Assembly: GCA_963702205.1 (NCBI GenBank)
Contig: OY969724.1
Span: 640,001-704,000, forward strand
Source: an uncultured candidate division Zixibacteria bacterium
Lineage (GTDB): Bacteria > Zixibacteria > MSB-5A5 > GN15 > PGXB01
DNA length: 64,000 nucleotides
Direction of reading: 5' to 3'
In this document: positions 41,785 through 53,465 of the stretch, piece by piece
Layout of the letters: every line of letters begins with the position of its first letter
Numbering within the stretch: the stretch's first letter is position 1
The notes under the pieces: model-generated
The model's input: the letters and a program-made list of their open reading frames with translations, nothing else
Database searches by the model: none
What the model was told of the DNA's origin: nothing
Translations under genes and position numbers: made by a program

Positions 41785-43419
41785 TTACTCCTTGGTTCTT
41801 CTATAACGCCGAATTAGGCTATTGGTTGAGCTATCGTGTTGGAGTCGACACTCGCTGGTGGCTTCCAATTCGGGGATGATTTGTGCAGCAAGGGCTTTCC
41901 CAAGCTCGACTCCCCACTGGTCAAATGAGTCAATCCCCCAAATAGCGCCTTGGGTGAACACGCTGTGTTCATACAGAGCAACGAGCTTCCCCAGCGTTTC
42001 CGGAGTCAGCCTTTCCAAAAGAATAGTGCTGGAGGGGCGGTTTCCCTCGAAGGTTCGGTGTGACACCAGCCAAGCCGGAATATTCTCAGCTCGGACTTCC
42101 TCCGATGTCTTACCAAATGCCAGCGCCTCTGCCTGGGAGAACATATTTGCTAAGAGCAAGTCGTGATGACGACCGACAGGATGAAGTGGCTGGGCAAACC
42201 CGATAAGGTCGCAAGGAATGAGCTTAGTCCCCTGATGGATAAGTTGGTAGAAGGAATGCTGCCCATTGGTACCCGGCTCCCCCCAGTAAATTGGACCGGT
42301 TTGGCAAAGGACCTCAGTTCCATCAAGCGACACGTGCTTGCCGTTACTCTCCATCGTCAACTGTTGGAGATAGGCTGGGAAGCGTTTCAAGTACTGTTCA
42401 TATGGAAGAACCGCTATAGTCTGCGCACCGAAGAAATTATTGTACCAGATACCGAGGAGGCCCATAAGGACCGGAAGATTGCTTTCGAAGGGAGCAGTAC
42501 GGAAGTGCTCGTCCATCTGATGGAAACCGTCGAGCATGGTGCGGAAATGGTCGGGGCCAATGGCAATCATCGTCGAAAGGCCAATCGCCGAGTCCATTGA
42601 GTACCGTCCACCAACCCATTCCCAGAATTCGAACATATTTGCGGTGTCGATACCGAACTTTGCTACCTCCTGGGCGTTGGTCGAGACCGCCACAAAATGC
42701 CTGGCAACAGCAGTCCAATGTTTTAGACTCTTAAGAGCCCAATCGCGCGCAGTCATCGCGTTGGTCATTGTCTCTAACGTCGTGAAGGTCTTCGACGATA
42801 TGATAAACAGTGTCTCTTCGGCGTCGAGATTGCGGGTAGCCTCGGCGAAGTCGGTGCCGTCGATATTGGAGATGAATCCAAACGTCAAATCGCGCTGGCT
42901 GTAATGCCGCAACGCCTCATACGCCATCACCGGCCCAAGGTCGGACCCACCGATGCCGATATTGATGATGTTTCTGATTCGTTTGCCGGTGTGGCCCTTC
43001 CACTCCCCACTGCGAATCAGCGAGGAAAAGTCGGCCATCTTTTCAAGCACTTCGTGGACCTGGGGTATGACGTCATTGCCGTCTACAACGATGGATTGAT
43101 CCCTGGGCGCACGCAGGGCCACGTGAAGAACGGCGCGGTTCTCCGTGACATTGATCTTCTCGCCGCGGAACATGGCATCGATGCGAGCCCACAGGCCGGA
43201 CTCCTCCGCCAATTGCAGAAGGAGCCTGATTGTTTCGTCGGTGATACGGTGCTTTGAATAGTCAAAGTAGACGCCAACAGCCTCAGCCGTCATGCGCTCC
43301 CCGCGCTTGGGATCGTCTGCGAAGAGCCGGCGAAGGTGCAACTCTCTGATTTTCTCGTAATGGGCTTCGAGGGCCTGCCATGCCGTGAGTTTCGTGAGTT
43401 GCGGGATACTCATTGTCAT
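41785..43419 (-). CDS. pgi: glucose-6-phosphate isomerase
   Basis: [45 protein letters not shown]. Confidence 0.97.
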   Translation of the reverse strand: MTMSIPQLTKLTAWQALEAHYEKIRELHLRRLFADDPKRGERMTAEAVGVYFDYSKHRITDETIRLLLQLAEESGLWARIDAMFRGEKINVTENRAVLHVALRAPRDQSIVVDGNDVIPQVHEVLEKMADFSSLIRSGEWKGHTGKRIRNIINIGIGGSDLGPVMAYEALRHYSQRDLTFGFISNIDGTDFAEATRNLDAEETLFIISSKTFTTLETMTNAMTARDWALKSLKHWTAVARHFVAVSTNAQEVAKFGIDTANMFEFWEWVGGRYSMDSAIGLSTMIAIGPDHFRTMLDGFHQMDEHFRTAPFESNLPVLMGLLGIWYNNFFGAQTIAVLPYEQYLKRFPAYLQQLTMESNGKHVSLDGTEVLCQTGPIYWGEPGTNGQHSFYQLIHQGTKLIPCDLIGFAQPLHPVGRHHDLLLANMFSQAEALAFGKTSEEVRAENIPAWLVSHRTFEGNRPSSTILLERLTPETLGKLVALYEHSVFTQGAIWGIDSFDQWGVELGKALAAQIIPELEATSECRLQHDSSTNSLIRRYRRTKE

Positions 43420-43623
43420 GTTGATGTCCTTTCCAGCGCGGCTGCTACCGCCTTCACACTGCCGAAGGTCAAATGCCGGTAGTTTGTCATCTTCTGCTGT
43501 CTCCTAACTCTCTTTCACTCTTTCCACGATCGCTGCACTGACACCGCAGCGCCTTAGCCAATTGATTCTTCAACGCTAGCCCCGTATGATTGGGTGCAAC
43601 CCCAACGCATAGCAGTTTGGCAT

Positions 43624-45993
43624 TCATTTGGCGTTACTCCACTTCCAGTTCCGGATTTCCGGCATGTCCTGGCCGTGCCTGTCGATATACAGCTTATGCT
43701 TGACGAGCTTGTCCTGTGTCCACCGCTTCAGTTTTGCCCCACTCGCACCCAAGTGTGGCAGGCGATTGATCACATCCTGCACAAGATGGAACCGGTCAAG
43801 ATCATTTAGAACCGTCATGTCGAAGGTCGTCGTTATAGTGCCCTCCTCCTTATAGCCCCTAACATGCATGTTATCGTGGTTGGTACGACGGTAGGTCAAC
43901 CTGTGAACCAGCCAGGGATAACCGTGAAACGCAAAGATGATCGGCTTGTCTTTTGTAAACAACGCATCGAAGTCTTTATCGCTCAGACCGTGCGGATGCT
44001 CCGTATTCGGCTCCAGCTTCATCAGATCGACGACATTGATCACCCGGATCTTCAGGTCGGGAAGATGTTTGCGCAGAATCGAGACAGCGGCGAGCGTTTC
44101 GAGCGTAGGTACGTCGCCACAGCAGGCCATCACCACGTCCGGTTTTGTGCCATGGTCGTTGCTTGCCCATGGCCATACTCCAATCCCCCGCGTGCAGTGC
44201 TCAATCGCAGCATCCATGGTCAACCATTGGGGCGCCTGATACTTGCCGGCAATCACGACATTAACGTAATGCCGGCTCCTGAGACAATGGTCCCAGACCG
44301 ACAGCAGGCAATTGGCGTCCGGCGGAAGGTACACCCGCACGATTGAGGCTTTCTTGTTTACAACGTGATCGATGAAACCGGGGTCCTGATGGGTAAAGCC
44401 GTTATGAGCTTGCTGCCAGACGTGGGAAGCGAGTAGATAGTTTAGCGAGGCGATCTTGCGTCGCCATGGAATTTGCGCTGTGACCTTTAGCCACTTGGCG
44501 TGCTGATTAAACATCGAATCGATAATGTGAATGAATGCCTCGTAACAATTAAACAGACCGTGCCGACCGGTCAGAAGGTACCCTTCGAGCCAACCTTCAC
44601 ACTGATGCTCGCTCAGCATCTCCATTACCTGACCGTCTGACGCAAGAAACTCATCGTTCTCCTGCGTTCGGGCTTCCCACTGACGGTTGGTCGCTTCGAA
44701 AACGGCGTTCAATCGGTTTGAAAGCGTCTCGTCGGGACCAAAGATTCGGAAGTTTCGTTGCTTCCGATTGAGTTTGGCTACGTCGCGCAGGAACTCTCCA
44801 AGCACGTATGTGTCGGCGGCCCGAGTTGAACCTGGTGACGGCACTTTCACCGCGTAAGTTCTAAAGTCAGGCATGATCAGGTCGCGCAGCAGAAGCCCGC
44901 CATTGGCGTGCGGATTAGCGCCCATCCGCCGATTGCCCTTAGGAGCTAGCTCAGACAGTTCCGGCATAAGTCGGCCATTCTCATCAAACAGTTCTTCTGT
45001 CTTGTAGCTATTCATCCAGCTCTCAAGCTGCTGGAGATGCTCGGGATGCTCGGAATCAACGAGAATCGGAACCTGGTGCGCTCGGAATGTGCCCTCAACT
45101 TGCAGGCCATCGACGACTTTGGGTCCTGTCCAGCCTTTGGGTGAATTCAAGACGATCATCGGCCAGCGCGGCCGAGTGGTGTCATTCTTGTTCCGCGCGT
45201 TTCTTTGGATGTGCAGAATGCTCTCGATGGCCTTTTCCATAGTACTAGCCATTAGTTGATGCATCGTCTCGGGCTCATCGCCTTCCACAAAGAGGGGCGT
45301 CCAGCCACAACCACGCAGGAATTGCTCCAATTCCTCACGCTCAATACGGGCCGGCACGGTTGGGTTAGCTATTTTATAACCGTTGAGATGCAGGATAGGC
45401 AGCACGGCTCCATCGGTAATCGGATTAAGAAATTTATTGGAGTGCCATGCTGTAGCCAACGGACCAGTTTCCGCCTCGCCGTCACCGATAACGCACGCAA
45501 CAACCAGTTCCGGGTTGTCGAACACCGCTCCGAAGGCATGGCTGAGCGAGTACCCCAGTTCGCCCCCCTCGTGAATAGACCCCGGACATTCCGGTGATAC
45601 ATGGCTGGGAATCCCACCGGGAAAGGAGAATTGAGTGAACAGTTTCTTTAGTCCAGCCTCATCCTGAGTGATGTTCGGATATACTTCCGTATAAGTGCCC
45701 TCGAGATATGTGTTGCCCACAAGCGCAGGGCCGCCGTGACCGGGGCCCGATATGTAGATCATATCCAGGTCATACTTCTTGATGACCCGGTTCAGGTGTA
45801 CATATATGAAGTTCTGCCCCGGCGTCGTCCCCCAGTGCCCGAGCAGGTTTGGCTTTATGTGCGACAGTCTTAAGGGTTTCCTAAGCAGAGGGTTATTGTA
45901 CAAGTAAATTTGGCCGACCGACAGATAGTTGGCAGCGCGCCAGTAGGCATCCATCTTGTGGAGCAGCTCCGGAGAAAGAGTCTCTGTCTTCAT
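43624..45993 (-). CDS. xfp: xylulose-5-P/fructose-6-P phosphoketolase
   Basis: GHWGT, GPGHG, HEGGELG, GDGEAET, HLNGYKI, HNGFTHQ. Confidence 0.97.
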   Translation of the reverse strand: MKTETLSPELLHKMDAYWRAANYLSVGQIYLYNNPLLRKPLRLSHIKPNLLGHWGTTPGQNFIYVHLNRVIKKYDLDMIYISGPGHGGPALVGNTYLEGTYTEVYPNITQDEAGLKKLFTQFSFPGGIPSHVSPECPGSIHEGGELGYSLSHAFGAVFDNPELVVACVIGDGEAETGPLATAWHSNKFLNPITDGAVLPILHLNGYKIANPTVPARIEREELEQFLRGCGWTPLFVEGDEPETMHQLMASTMEKAIESILHIQRNARNKNDTTRPRWPMIVLNSPKGWTGPKVVDGLQVEGTFRAHQVPILVDSEHPEHLQQLESWMNSYKTEELFDENGRLMPELSELAPKGNRRMGANPHANGGLLLRDLIMPDFRTYAVKVPSPGSTRAADTYVLGEFLRDVAKLNRKQRNFRIFGPDETLSNRLNAVFEATNRQWEARTQENDEFLASDGQVMEMLSEHQCEGWLEGYLLTGRHGLFNCYEAFIHIIDSMFNQHAKWLKVTAQIPWRRKIASLNYLLASHVWQQAHNGFTHQDPGFIDHVVNKKASIVRVYLPPDANCLLSVWDHCLRSRHYVNVVIAGKYQAPQWLTMDAAIEHCTRGIGVWPWASNDHGTKPDVVMACCGDVPTLETLAAVSILRKHLPDLKIRVINVVDLMKLEPNTEHPHGLSDKDFDALFTKDKPIIFAFHGYPWLVHRLTYRRTNHDNMHVRGYKEEGTITTTFDMTVLNDLDRFHLVQDVINRLPHLGASGAKLKRWTQDKLVKHKLYIDRHGQDMPEIRNWKWSNAK

Positions 45994-46008
45994 AATTCGG
46001 TTTTCCTC

Positions 46009-47205
46009 TTATTGGCCAAGGCCGAGAACACGGCGAACCGTGTTCGCGATCACCCATTCCTCGTCCGTATGAATAACGCGAACAGTCACCCGGCTGGCCG
46101 CAGCTGAAATCACACCTTCATTCGCCGCATTTCGCCTTTCCTCAAGTTCAATTCCGAGAAATCCCAGTCTATCGCAAATCCGGGCGCGAACGATTGGTGC
46201 ATTCTCTCCGATGCCGCCGGCGAACACCAGCGTGTCCAGGCCGCCCAACGCCGCCGCGAAGGCGCCGATCCATTTCATGACCTGGTAACAAAACAGCGCG
46301 ACCGCATCGGCTGCCCGCACATCTTTCGCTTCACGATCTAGCAAGTCACGCATGTCGGAACTGGTCTCCGACACACCGAGCAGCCCGGACTGGAAATTGA
46401 CCATCTCATTGAATCGCTTCGCATCGAGACCTTCGGTGCGTGCCAGATACCAAACCAGTCCGGGATCGAGATCGCCTGAGCGGGTGCCCATTGGCACCCC
46501 GGCGGACGGAGTGAAACTCATGCTAGTATCCACCGGTCTGCCATTGCGCACCGCCGCGAGACTCGCGCCACTTCCGAGATGAGCAAGGATGACCCGGCCC
46601 TGGGCAGCCTCCGTACCGGCCAGGCGGGCCAGTTCGCCCATGATAAACTCATACGATAACCCGTGGAATCCGTACCGCCGCACTCCCTGCACTTCATAGC
46701 GGCGCGGGATTGGCAGTATCTGGGCCACGCGAGGCAGATCGTGATGAAACGCGGTATCGAAACATGCAATCTGCGGCAGATCGGGGAATCGGCGATGAAA
46801 CGCCTCCGTCAAGAGTATCTCCTCCGGCATGTGCTCAGGGTCGTATGGACTGAGCCGGCGCAACTCATCGACCATCTCTGCAGTGATCCGCTGCGGCCTA
46901 CTATACTTCGGCCCGCCATGCACTACGCGATGCCCTACTGCGGTCAACGTGTCACGTTCGCGGCGTTCCTCGATCCAGTCCATCAGTGCACCCACAGCCT
47001 CCGTGTGATTCGGGGCTGTCACTGACAGCGAAAGGTTGTCCGCCTGGTCCAAACCTTTAACCCGCAAGGTAGCCTCCGGTTGTCCGATCCGTTCGACCAC
47101 ACCCTCCAGAAACCTTCGGAGTGAGCCCTCAACCCCGAACACTGCGAACTTGATGCTCGATGAGCCGCCGTTGATCGTCAGGATGCGTTGGTTAGCCGGT
47201 TTCAT
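46009..47205 (-). CDS. ackA: acetate/propionate kinase
   Basis: NGGSSSIKF, GHRVVHGG, FDTAFH, YGFHGLS, HLGSGAS, GGIGEN, TDEE. Confidence 0.96.
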   Translation of the reverse strand: MKPANQRILTINGGSSSIKFAVFGVEGSLRRFLEGVVERIGQPEATLRVKGLDQADNLSLSVTAPNHTEAVGALMDWIEERRERDTLTAVGHRVVHGGPKYSRPQRITAEMVDELRRLSPYDPEHMPEEILLTEAFHRRFPDLPQIACFDTAFHHDLPRVAQILPIPRRYEVQGVRRYGFHGLSYEFIMGELARLAGTEAAQGRVILAHLGSGASLAAVRNGRPVDTSMSFTPSAGVPMGTRSGDLDPGLVWYLARTEGLDAKRFNEMVNFQSGLLGVSETSSDMRDLLDREAKDVRAADAVALFCYQVMKWIGAFAAALGGLDTLVFAGGIGENAPIVRARICDRLGFLGIELEERRNAANEGVISAAASRVTVRVIHTDEEWVIANTVRRVLGLGQ

Positions 47206-47215
47206 GGACGACTCC

Positions 47216-47842
47216 TTAGTCATTCTGCAATCCGAGCGAGGCTAACTCCGCGCGGGTAGACCTGCAATCCTTGTGAAGAATGCTTCGAATCCCCAGACTC
47301 TCCGCGATCTGAACAAACATGGGTGTATTCTCGATATAGACTACCTGCCGGGCCGGCGTCTGGGCTATATCCAGCGCCAGCCGAAATATATCAGCGTCAG
47401 GCTTTCGCAGGTGGACGAAGCAGGAGGAGACAACGAAATCCACAATCCGGTTCAGCTTGAACTTGCGAATCCGATACGCATTCAGTTCGCGCGCCTCGTT
47501 GCTCACCGCAGCAATCTTCAGTCCGTGCCGGACCTTCAAATTAGTGACCAGCTCGATCATCTCCGGGTGAGGTTTCGATTGCGCGAACATGAAGCTCCGA
47601 AATTGAGCCCGTGTGAACAGTCGCTTTTGATAAAAGACAACCCGGCTTAAGTACTCCTCCAGCGTGAGCTTTCCTTCCTCGTAGATATCGAATATCAGGT
47701 GATGCCGCTCTTCTGTTTCGGCCAGCTTCAGCTTGAAATTGGCTGCCGCCCGTTTACGGGCGTGATGGCTCCACCCGTCGGTGAGCAGCACGCCACCGAT
47801 ATCCAGAAACAGGCAATTCGTTGTGGTCTTTCTCTTCATCAT
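47216..47842 (-). CDS. HAD family phosphatase (paralog of 6153-6776)
   Basis: LFLDIGGVLLTDGW, SNE.REL, RKPD; motif IV reads YIEN rather than YIDD. Confidence 0.88.
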   Translation of the reverse strand: MMKRKTTTNCLFLDIGGVLLTDGWSHHARKRAAANFKLKLAETEERHHLIFDIYEEGKLTLEEYLSRVVFYQKRLFTRAQFRSFMFAQSKPHPEMIELVTNLKVRHGLKIAAVSNEARELNAYRIRKFKLNRIVDFVVSSCFVHLRKPDADIFRLALDIAQTPARQVVYIENTPMFVQIAESLGIRSILHKDCRSTRAELASLGLQND

Positions 47843-47861
47843 CAATCCTTTCCTGTTCGGA

Positions 47862-50408
47862 TCATCGCTGCCACAAAATCCGTGCGTCTTCCAATGGGAT
47901 CGCAACCCCCTCACGATGCGGTATCACTCGCACTGTATAGTCCGCGGGTGGGCGGGTCGCAGACACAGCCGCGCCGAAAACATGGCCGCCCAAAGAACTC
48001 GGTATTGGGCGAATAGGTTTCATCTCCTGCCGTACAGGTGCATTTCCGGCGATGCCGTTGGCGTAGAGCTCCACGCGAACTGGCTCGGGATCAAGGTCAT
48101 TGAGAAACACCTGTACCTCAAAGGCGTGCCGCTTACCACGAGTTTCAACCGTAACTTCGCCAAACCGCAGCGCGGCCCACTGCTCTTCCAGACTGTGCCG
48201 CCAATCGACTATCTTTTTGCCAACGGCGCCATCGTCGGCCACCCGCTCAAGGAAAGCCGACGCAGCGGGAAGGTAGTGTTGCTCGATATATTCGCGCACC
48301 GTGCGGTCGGCGGAGAAGAGCGGCGTCAACCGCGCCATGCTCTCCCGCATCCGCTTTACCCATGCTACGGGAATGTCGTTCTTGTCTCGGTTATAAAATT
48401 CCGGAACAACTTCTCGCTCGAGCAGGTCGTAAAGCGCCTCAGCTTCGAACGCGTCCCAGGCGGGATCGTCGCCATGCTCCTTGCCATCCCCCAACGCCCA
48501 CCCCACTTCGGGCGCGTATGCTTCCGCCCACCAACCATCCAGTTCCGAGAGATTGATGCCTCCATTAACAAGCACCTTCATACCGCTCGTTCCACTCGCC
48601 TCCCAGGGACGCCTCGGCGTATTAATCCAGACATCCACACCCTGTACCAGTCTCTCCGATAGCAACATGTCGTAATCGCTCAGGAATAGAATGTGGGGGC
48701 GAACATCCGACCTGCGGATGAAATGTATCCACTCTTGGATCAGAGCTTGTCCTGCTTGATCCTGCGGATGGGCCTTCCCGGCGATGACGAGTTGCACCGG
48801 GCGCTTTGAGTCAGACAGCAGTCGGAGCAGGCGCGCCGGATCGTGTAGCAGCAGATTAGGTCTCTTGTAGGTCGCGAAGCGCCGCGCAAAGCCAAGTGTC
48901 AATGTGTTAGGGTCAAACAGATGGTTTGCTCCGCCAACCTCTTCGAGCGACGCGCCCGACGACGTCAGTTGCAGGGACAATCGCTCACGGACATAGTCGA
49001 CCAGGGCCTTGCCTGCGGCGACACGAAATTGCCACAGTCTGGAATCAGAAACGCGGCGAATATCCTGCCCCATACTTTTGGTCGTCCCCAGCCAGCGATC
49101 CTTGCCACAGGCACTGGTCCAGAGATCGTCGGCCGCCGCGGAATCCCAAGTCGGCATGTGGACTCCGTTGGTAACGTATCCGACCGGGATCTCCACCTCG
49201 GGCCAGTGCGGAAAGAGAGACTCAAAGAGATGCCGGCTGACTTCCCCATGCAAGCGACTCACACCATTCACGGCCCCACTCCCCCTAATGGCCAAGTAGG
49301 CCATGTTGAAACTTTCTGATGAATCGTTCGGATCCCGGCGGCCCAGGGCAAGCAAATCGTGGCTTGTTATGCCAAGCTTCTCTTGGGCGTACCGACTGAG
49401 GTATTGCTCGACAAGAGCCGGAGCGAATCGGTCAAACCCAGCAGCCACCGCGGTGTGCGTGGTGAAAAGATTTCCCGCTCGCGTGACGGCCAGTGCTACT
49501 TCAAAGGGCTGCGTTGTTTCTTGCATGAAACTGTAGGCGCGCTCCAACACGGCAAAGGCCGCATGCCCCTCATTAAGATGACAGACTTCCGGTTTGACGC
49601 CAAGCGCACGAAGCAGTCGCCATCCGCCGATACCAAGGAGAAGCTCCTGCTTGAGACGCAGCTCTGACCCGCCGCCGTACAATTCGCTGGTAATCCCACG
49701 ATGAGCAGGGAAATTCGCAGCGTCATTGCTGTCCAGCAAGTACAGCTTTACTCTGCCGACCTGAACCTGCCAGACGCGCAGCCAAACCGAATAACCGGGC
49801 AAGGCAATCTCCAACCGCAACCACTCCCCGTTCTCCTGGCGCAACGGGCTGATCGGCAGCTGGCCCGGGTCATTGTACGGGTAGAGAGCCTCTTGTGCAC
49901 CTTCCCTGTCGATGACCTGGCGAAAGTACCCCTGCTGGTACAGCAAACCCACACCGATCACGGGCACACCCAGATCGCTGGCGGCTTTGAGCTGGTCGCC
50001 GGCGACATTGCCGAGCCCACCCGAGTAAATAGGCAAGGCTTCGCTTAACATAAACTCCATACTGAAGTACGCGACACAGGTCAATGGAGACTTCGCATGA
50101 TGCGTCTGAAACCAAGCGGGCGTCTCCGCCGCCTGCCGCTTGGTTTGCAGGTGATCATCAACGTTCTTGCGAAAGGCAGGGTCAGCCAATACGTGCTCGA
50201 TCCGGTCACGCGAGACCGTCTGCAGAACAACCCAGGGGTTGTGCGTGAACTCCCACAGGTCGGGGTCAAGTTGATACCACACTTCGTCGGTGGCATGATT
50301 CCACGACCACCGCATGTCCAGGGCCAGCTCCGCCAGAGAACTGAAACCATCGATATCCGTGGGTAATGGTTTCCCGACCAGGCTGCCGCTGCGAAAATGT
50401 TTGTTCAT
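47862..50408 (-). CDS. glgP: alpha-glucan (glycogen) phosphorylase
   Basis: YFSMEF, YSGGLG..AGD, HLNEGH, ARRFATYKR, EASGTSGMK (PLP Lys), LDGWW. Confidence 0.97.
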   Translation of the reverse strand: MNKHFRSGSLVGKPLPTDIDGFSSLAELALDMRWSWNHATDEVWYQLDPDLWEFTHNPWVVLQTVSRDRIEHVLADPAFRKNVDDHLQTKRQAAETPAWFQTHHAKSPLTCVAYFSMEFMLSEALPIYSGGLGNVAGDQLKAASDLGVPVIGVGLLYQQGYFRQVIDREGAQEALYPYNDPGQLPISPLRQENGEWLRLEIALPGYSVWLRVWQVQVGRVKLYLLDSNDAANFPAHRGITSELYGGGSELRLKQELLLGIGGWRLLRALGVKPEVCHLNEGHAAFAVLERAYSFMQETTQPFEVALAVTRAGNLFTTHTAVAAGFDRFAPALVEQYLSRYAQEKLGITSHDLLALGRRDPNDSSESFNMAYLAIRGSGAVNGVSRLHGEVSRHLFESLFPHWPEVEIPVGYVTNGVHMPTWDSAAADDLWTSACGKDRWLGTTKSMGQDIRRVSDSRLWQFRVAAGKALVDYVRERLSLQLTSSGASLEEVGGANHLFDPNTLTLGFARRFATYKRPNLLLHDPARLLRLLSDSKRPVQLVIAGKAHPQDQAGQALIQEWIHFIRRSDVRPHILFLSDYDMLLSERLVQGVDVWINTPRRPWEASGTSGMKVLVNGGINLSELDGWWAEAYAPEVGWALGDGKEHGDDPAWDAFEAEALYDLLEREVVPEFYNRDKNDIPVAWVKRMRESMARLTPLFSADRTVREYIEQHYLPAASAFLERVADDGAVGKKIVDWRHSLEEQWAALRFGEVTVETRGKRHAFEVQVFLNDLDPEPVRVELYANGIAGNAPVRQEMKPIRPIPSSLGGHVFGAAVSATRPPADYTVRVIPHREGVAIPLEDARILWQR

Positions 50409-50920
50409 GACTTTGCCTTCATTCGCTCAAGGATTTCATGCGCAGCCACCATCGCCGATTCCGACAACTCGCCGTGTTCCAGGGCCTCCATTAGAGCTGC
50501 AAGCAAATCGTTGAATCCTTCCTCCTTCTGATCCAGCAAAACATGATGCGCTCCCCGGTACAATAGGCCGAGGTTCGGTTCATCTTTCATCAGTGCGTAC
50601 AGTAATGGCGGCCAGGCGGTTTTCTTGAACTTGCTCAAGGCTTCGGCAGCCAACCAGGTCACGTCGGAGTTGCTGTCTGAGAGTGCTTCAATTAACGTTG
50701 GTATTGATCTGGCATCGTTAATTGCGCCGAGTGCTTTGGCGGCTTCCCAGCGAACCTGATCGGACGTAGAATGCTGCAGTGTTTTGTTAAGAGAGGAGAC
50801 TGCGGGTTTGCCCAGAGCCACCAACGATTCCCTGGCTTTCTGACGAACCATACCGTCTTTACTTGCCAGCTTGTCCATTAAGGATTCTATGTTTGTGCCT
50901 GTCAGTGTTTTCGTGGTCAT
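50405..50920 (-). CDS. HEAT/PBS-lyase repeat protein
   Basis: VRQKARESL, VRWEAAKALG, V.WLAAEAL repeats. Confidence 0.85.
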   Translation of the reverse strand: MTTKTLTGTNIESLMDKLASKDGMVRQKARESLVALGKPAVSSLNKTLQHSTSDQVRWEAAKALGAINDARSIPTLIEALSDSNSDVTWLAAEALSKFKKTAWPPLLYALMKDEPNLGLLYRGAHHVLLDQKEEGFNDLLAALMEALEHGELSESAMVAAHEILERMKAKS

Positions 50921-50993
50921 GATATCTTCTCCAATTATGTGTTAACCGAGTCCAGGTCAGGCAATTGGTCGCCTGAGTGAAGAAGAAGTGTGA

Positions 50994-51647
50994 CTAGTGG
51001 ATTAACCGATCTTTCCTTAACTGGCTCGCAACGCGATCAGCGACGGAGCTCCTGAATTCATCGCGGGAAGTTGGATCTAACGCTGCACTTGTTACGGACC
51101 ACACCAGTTTGCCATTTCTTCCGGTCACTAAGAGATCAGTTCGGACGCTGAGAACAGTTTCGGTCTCGGTGTAACCTGGATGATAGACATCCTCGTAATT
51201 CGTTACATAAGCGTTCCACTTGCGACTATATGTAGTCACCTGTTCGCTCGTTGTGTATCCCGGCACGTCGTTTGTGATCGCGTCACGCCGGGCCCTGGCA
51301 ACAAGCAAGACACCATCGAAACCTTCTTCTGTCGCCTTCAACCTGACGGCCAGAGTGTCAGGAACGTCCTTTGGAAAGAGCTGGTAGGAGGCTGTGGCGA
51401 CCGTACCTGTATGATCGTTGTTGTTCAGTGCTGCTGTGATCGCGTCCTCCCACATGCGTCGCCTGAGCTGATCTTTTCGCATCGCGATCACCATGATTGT
51501 GTTCATCGGTGCAGCAGCATACGATGGGTCCATCCAGAGATTCGCCTGCTGAGTCGCCCCACAGCCAATCAAGATAACAACACCGACGGTAAAAGATATG
51601 AATAGTGCGATTAGACAAGCATCCCGGTAAGTCCTCTGACTGGTCAT
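50994..51647 (-). CDS. hypothetical lipoprotein
   Basis: Lipobox LIGC; RR.WED, GFDGVL, LVWS. Confidence 0.7.
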   Translation of the reverse strand: MTSQRTYRDACLIALFISFTVGVVILIGCGATQQANLWMDPSYAAAPMNTIMVIAMRKDQLRRRMWEDAITAALNNNDHTGTVATASYQLFPKDVPDTLAVRLKATEEGFDGVLLVARARRDAITNDVPGYTTSEQVTTYSRKWNAYVTNYEDVYHPGYTETETVLSVRTDLLVTGRNGKLVWSVTSAALDPTSRDEFRSSVADRVASQLRKDRLIH

Positions 51648-51807
51648 TTGAATCCTCTTGTTAGATTTTGTGGACCTACTTCTATACATATGATAACACG
51701 TGTCCTGCGTGTTCTTAGGATGTAGCATATGCCACAATAGGTCGCAGCATCGGCGGCTCTTCCGATCGACGTGTTGGTCACAACGGCAAATCGTCGCGAG
51801 TCAGCTT

Positions 51808-52095
51808 TCAGTCAAACCGCTTTGTGCCCGACTTCATAGCTTTTCCAAGTGAATCCCATGCACTATTGACACCGGCCCTAAGGTCTTCCCATGCGTCTTC
51901 GTGGGCTTCTCTAAGCTCACTGATTCGTTCTTTTGCTACGTTCTGCAGATCCCGTAGGTCTTCGATTTGTTTGTAGTACTTGAGTTGCGCATCCGCCTCC
52001 GCCATATCTGCTTTGGCTTTGAGCCTGTCGATATCAGCGCTCCAAACATCAAACTGTGATTGCATCTTCTTCTCGTAGGCCTCTTTTTTACTCAT
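51808..52095 (-). CDS. coiled-coil stress protein (sll1863-like)
   Basis: K.AYEKK...Q...W.A.ID.LKAKA ... AWEDL.AG...AW. Confidence 0.8.
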   Translation of the reverse strand: MSKKEAYEKKMQSQFDVWSADIDRLKAKADMAEADAQLKYYKQIEDLRDLQNVAKERISELREAHEDAWEDLRAGVNSAWDSLGKAMKSGTKRFD

Positions 52096-52292
52096 ATTCG
52101 CTCCTTCTATTTCGCCAATTGGATTAAGTTTACTGGTACAGTTGGGGCGTGTCCAACCCCTTTATCGCGCGGCGGTGGCGTCACTTTTAAAAAGGCACAG
52201 CCACCGAACACTTCCACGCATCGTGCGCTTATGCGATTTTGCCGGAATTAGTTATAATCCTAATTATTAATCTTTGTTTGTCAAACGCCGCA

Positions 52293-52442
52293 TCACACAG
52301 CCCGTCGGCCCGAAATTAGCCTGAAAAGTACTACAATAATAGCAATGACTATCAGAATGTGTACGAGACCGCCTAACGTATAACCAGTTAACAAGCCAAG
52401 AGCCCATAGAATCACCAGTATTACGGCTAATGTCCACAACAC
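52293..52442 (-). CDS. lmo0937 family small membrane protein (49 aa)
   Basis: Not in the ORF track; RBS AAGGAG, then GTG: MLWTLAVILVILWALGLLTGYTLGGLVHILIVIAIIVVLFRLISGRRAV. Confidence 0.88.
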   Translation of the reverse strand: MLWTLAVILVILWALGLLTGYTLGGLVHILIVIAIIVVLFRLISGRRAV

Positions 52443-52519
52443 GGGATTCTCCTTTCTTTGTGTTTTGGGGTTGCCACTGATCTACGCATCCATGCGTCAA
52501 CCAGCAGCAATCCTGAATA

Positions 52520-53323
52520 TTATTCGGTCGAGGATTGTGTTGCCTCGATACTCATTTTATTGCTTACACTTTTCACGCCGTGGATATCATTGACAAGCTT
52601 AGTCGCAAGGTCGATCTCGGCCTGATTCTTTGCCGTTCCAGCCAAAGTGACGACGCCTGTGTTTGTCGACACCTTGGTATCATAAACATCTGTTCCGTGA
52701 TGATATAGCAAAGACATCCTGACCTGAGTAGTGATTGAAGCATCGTCAATGTATGTAGCCACTTCATCCACTGTCTTATTCAATGTGGTAGGCTCTTTTA
52801 TCACAGTCGTTTGGTTATCGACGCTTTTGACTCCAGATACGTCTTTGGCGTACTCCGTCGTGAGTTGCTTCTGCGCCTCGCTCGAGGCTTTGCCCTTTAA
52901 TGTCACATTGCCGTTCTTAACTGTAACGTCGGTATCGACGAAACTCACGCTTCGGTGAAACATCAGCGTACTTTTTACTCTCTCAGCCACCCAAGCATCC
53001 GAAAACGCAGCGGAGGGCACAGAGGTAACCTGAAGCATGTTCTTTACGCTCTTGACCCCTGGCAGGCTCGAAACGGTTTCTTCAGCCATTAATTTATGGG
53101 AATCATTGGTGACCGTGCCAGTTATAGTGACATCGCCATCCTTCGATTGAACTCTAATGGAATCACCTTTAAGATAGGTTTTGAAGACATAGGATGAGTT
53201 GGCTGAGTTTTCGATGCGAGTATCGGTTTCCCCTGCTTGTGATTGACAGCCTGGAACGCCGATTATCAGCAGCAAAATGGCCGCCGCCAAAAAGGTGATT
53301 ACATACACTGTTTTGTTTGTCAT
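52520..53323 (-). CDS. triple BON-domain (OsmY-like) exported protein
   Basis: Three repeats of D..I...V...G.VTL.G.........A......GVKSV.N; signal peptide with a possible lipobox. Confidence 0.9.
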   Translation of the reverse strand: MTNKTVYVITFLAAAILLLIIGVPGCQSQAGETDTRIENSANSSYVFKTYLKGDSIRVQSKDGDVTITGTVTNDSHKLMAEETVSSLPGVKSVKNMLQVTSVPSAAFSDAWVAERVKSTLMFHRSVSFVDTDVTVKNGNVTLKGKASSEAQKQLTTEYAKDVSGVKSVDNQTTVIKEPTTLNKTVDEVATYIDDASITTQVRMSLLYHHGTDVYDTKVSTNTGVVTLAGTAKNQAEIDLATKLVNDIHGVKSVSNKMSIEATQSSTE

Positions 53324-53465
53324 TTCATGATCTCCTTCGTTTTTCATTTCATAATCTCCTGAACGGTTAATATCTCTTCATGGAGAATGTGCAGGCTGAT
53401 CCGATATGGCCACACGGCATTAAGGAAGATTCCAGTATCAGCCTAAGATCCTCTTTCTTCGTCTG

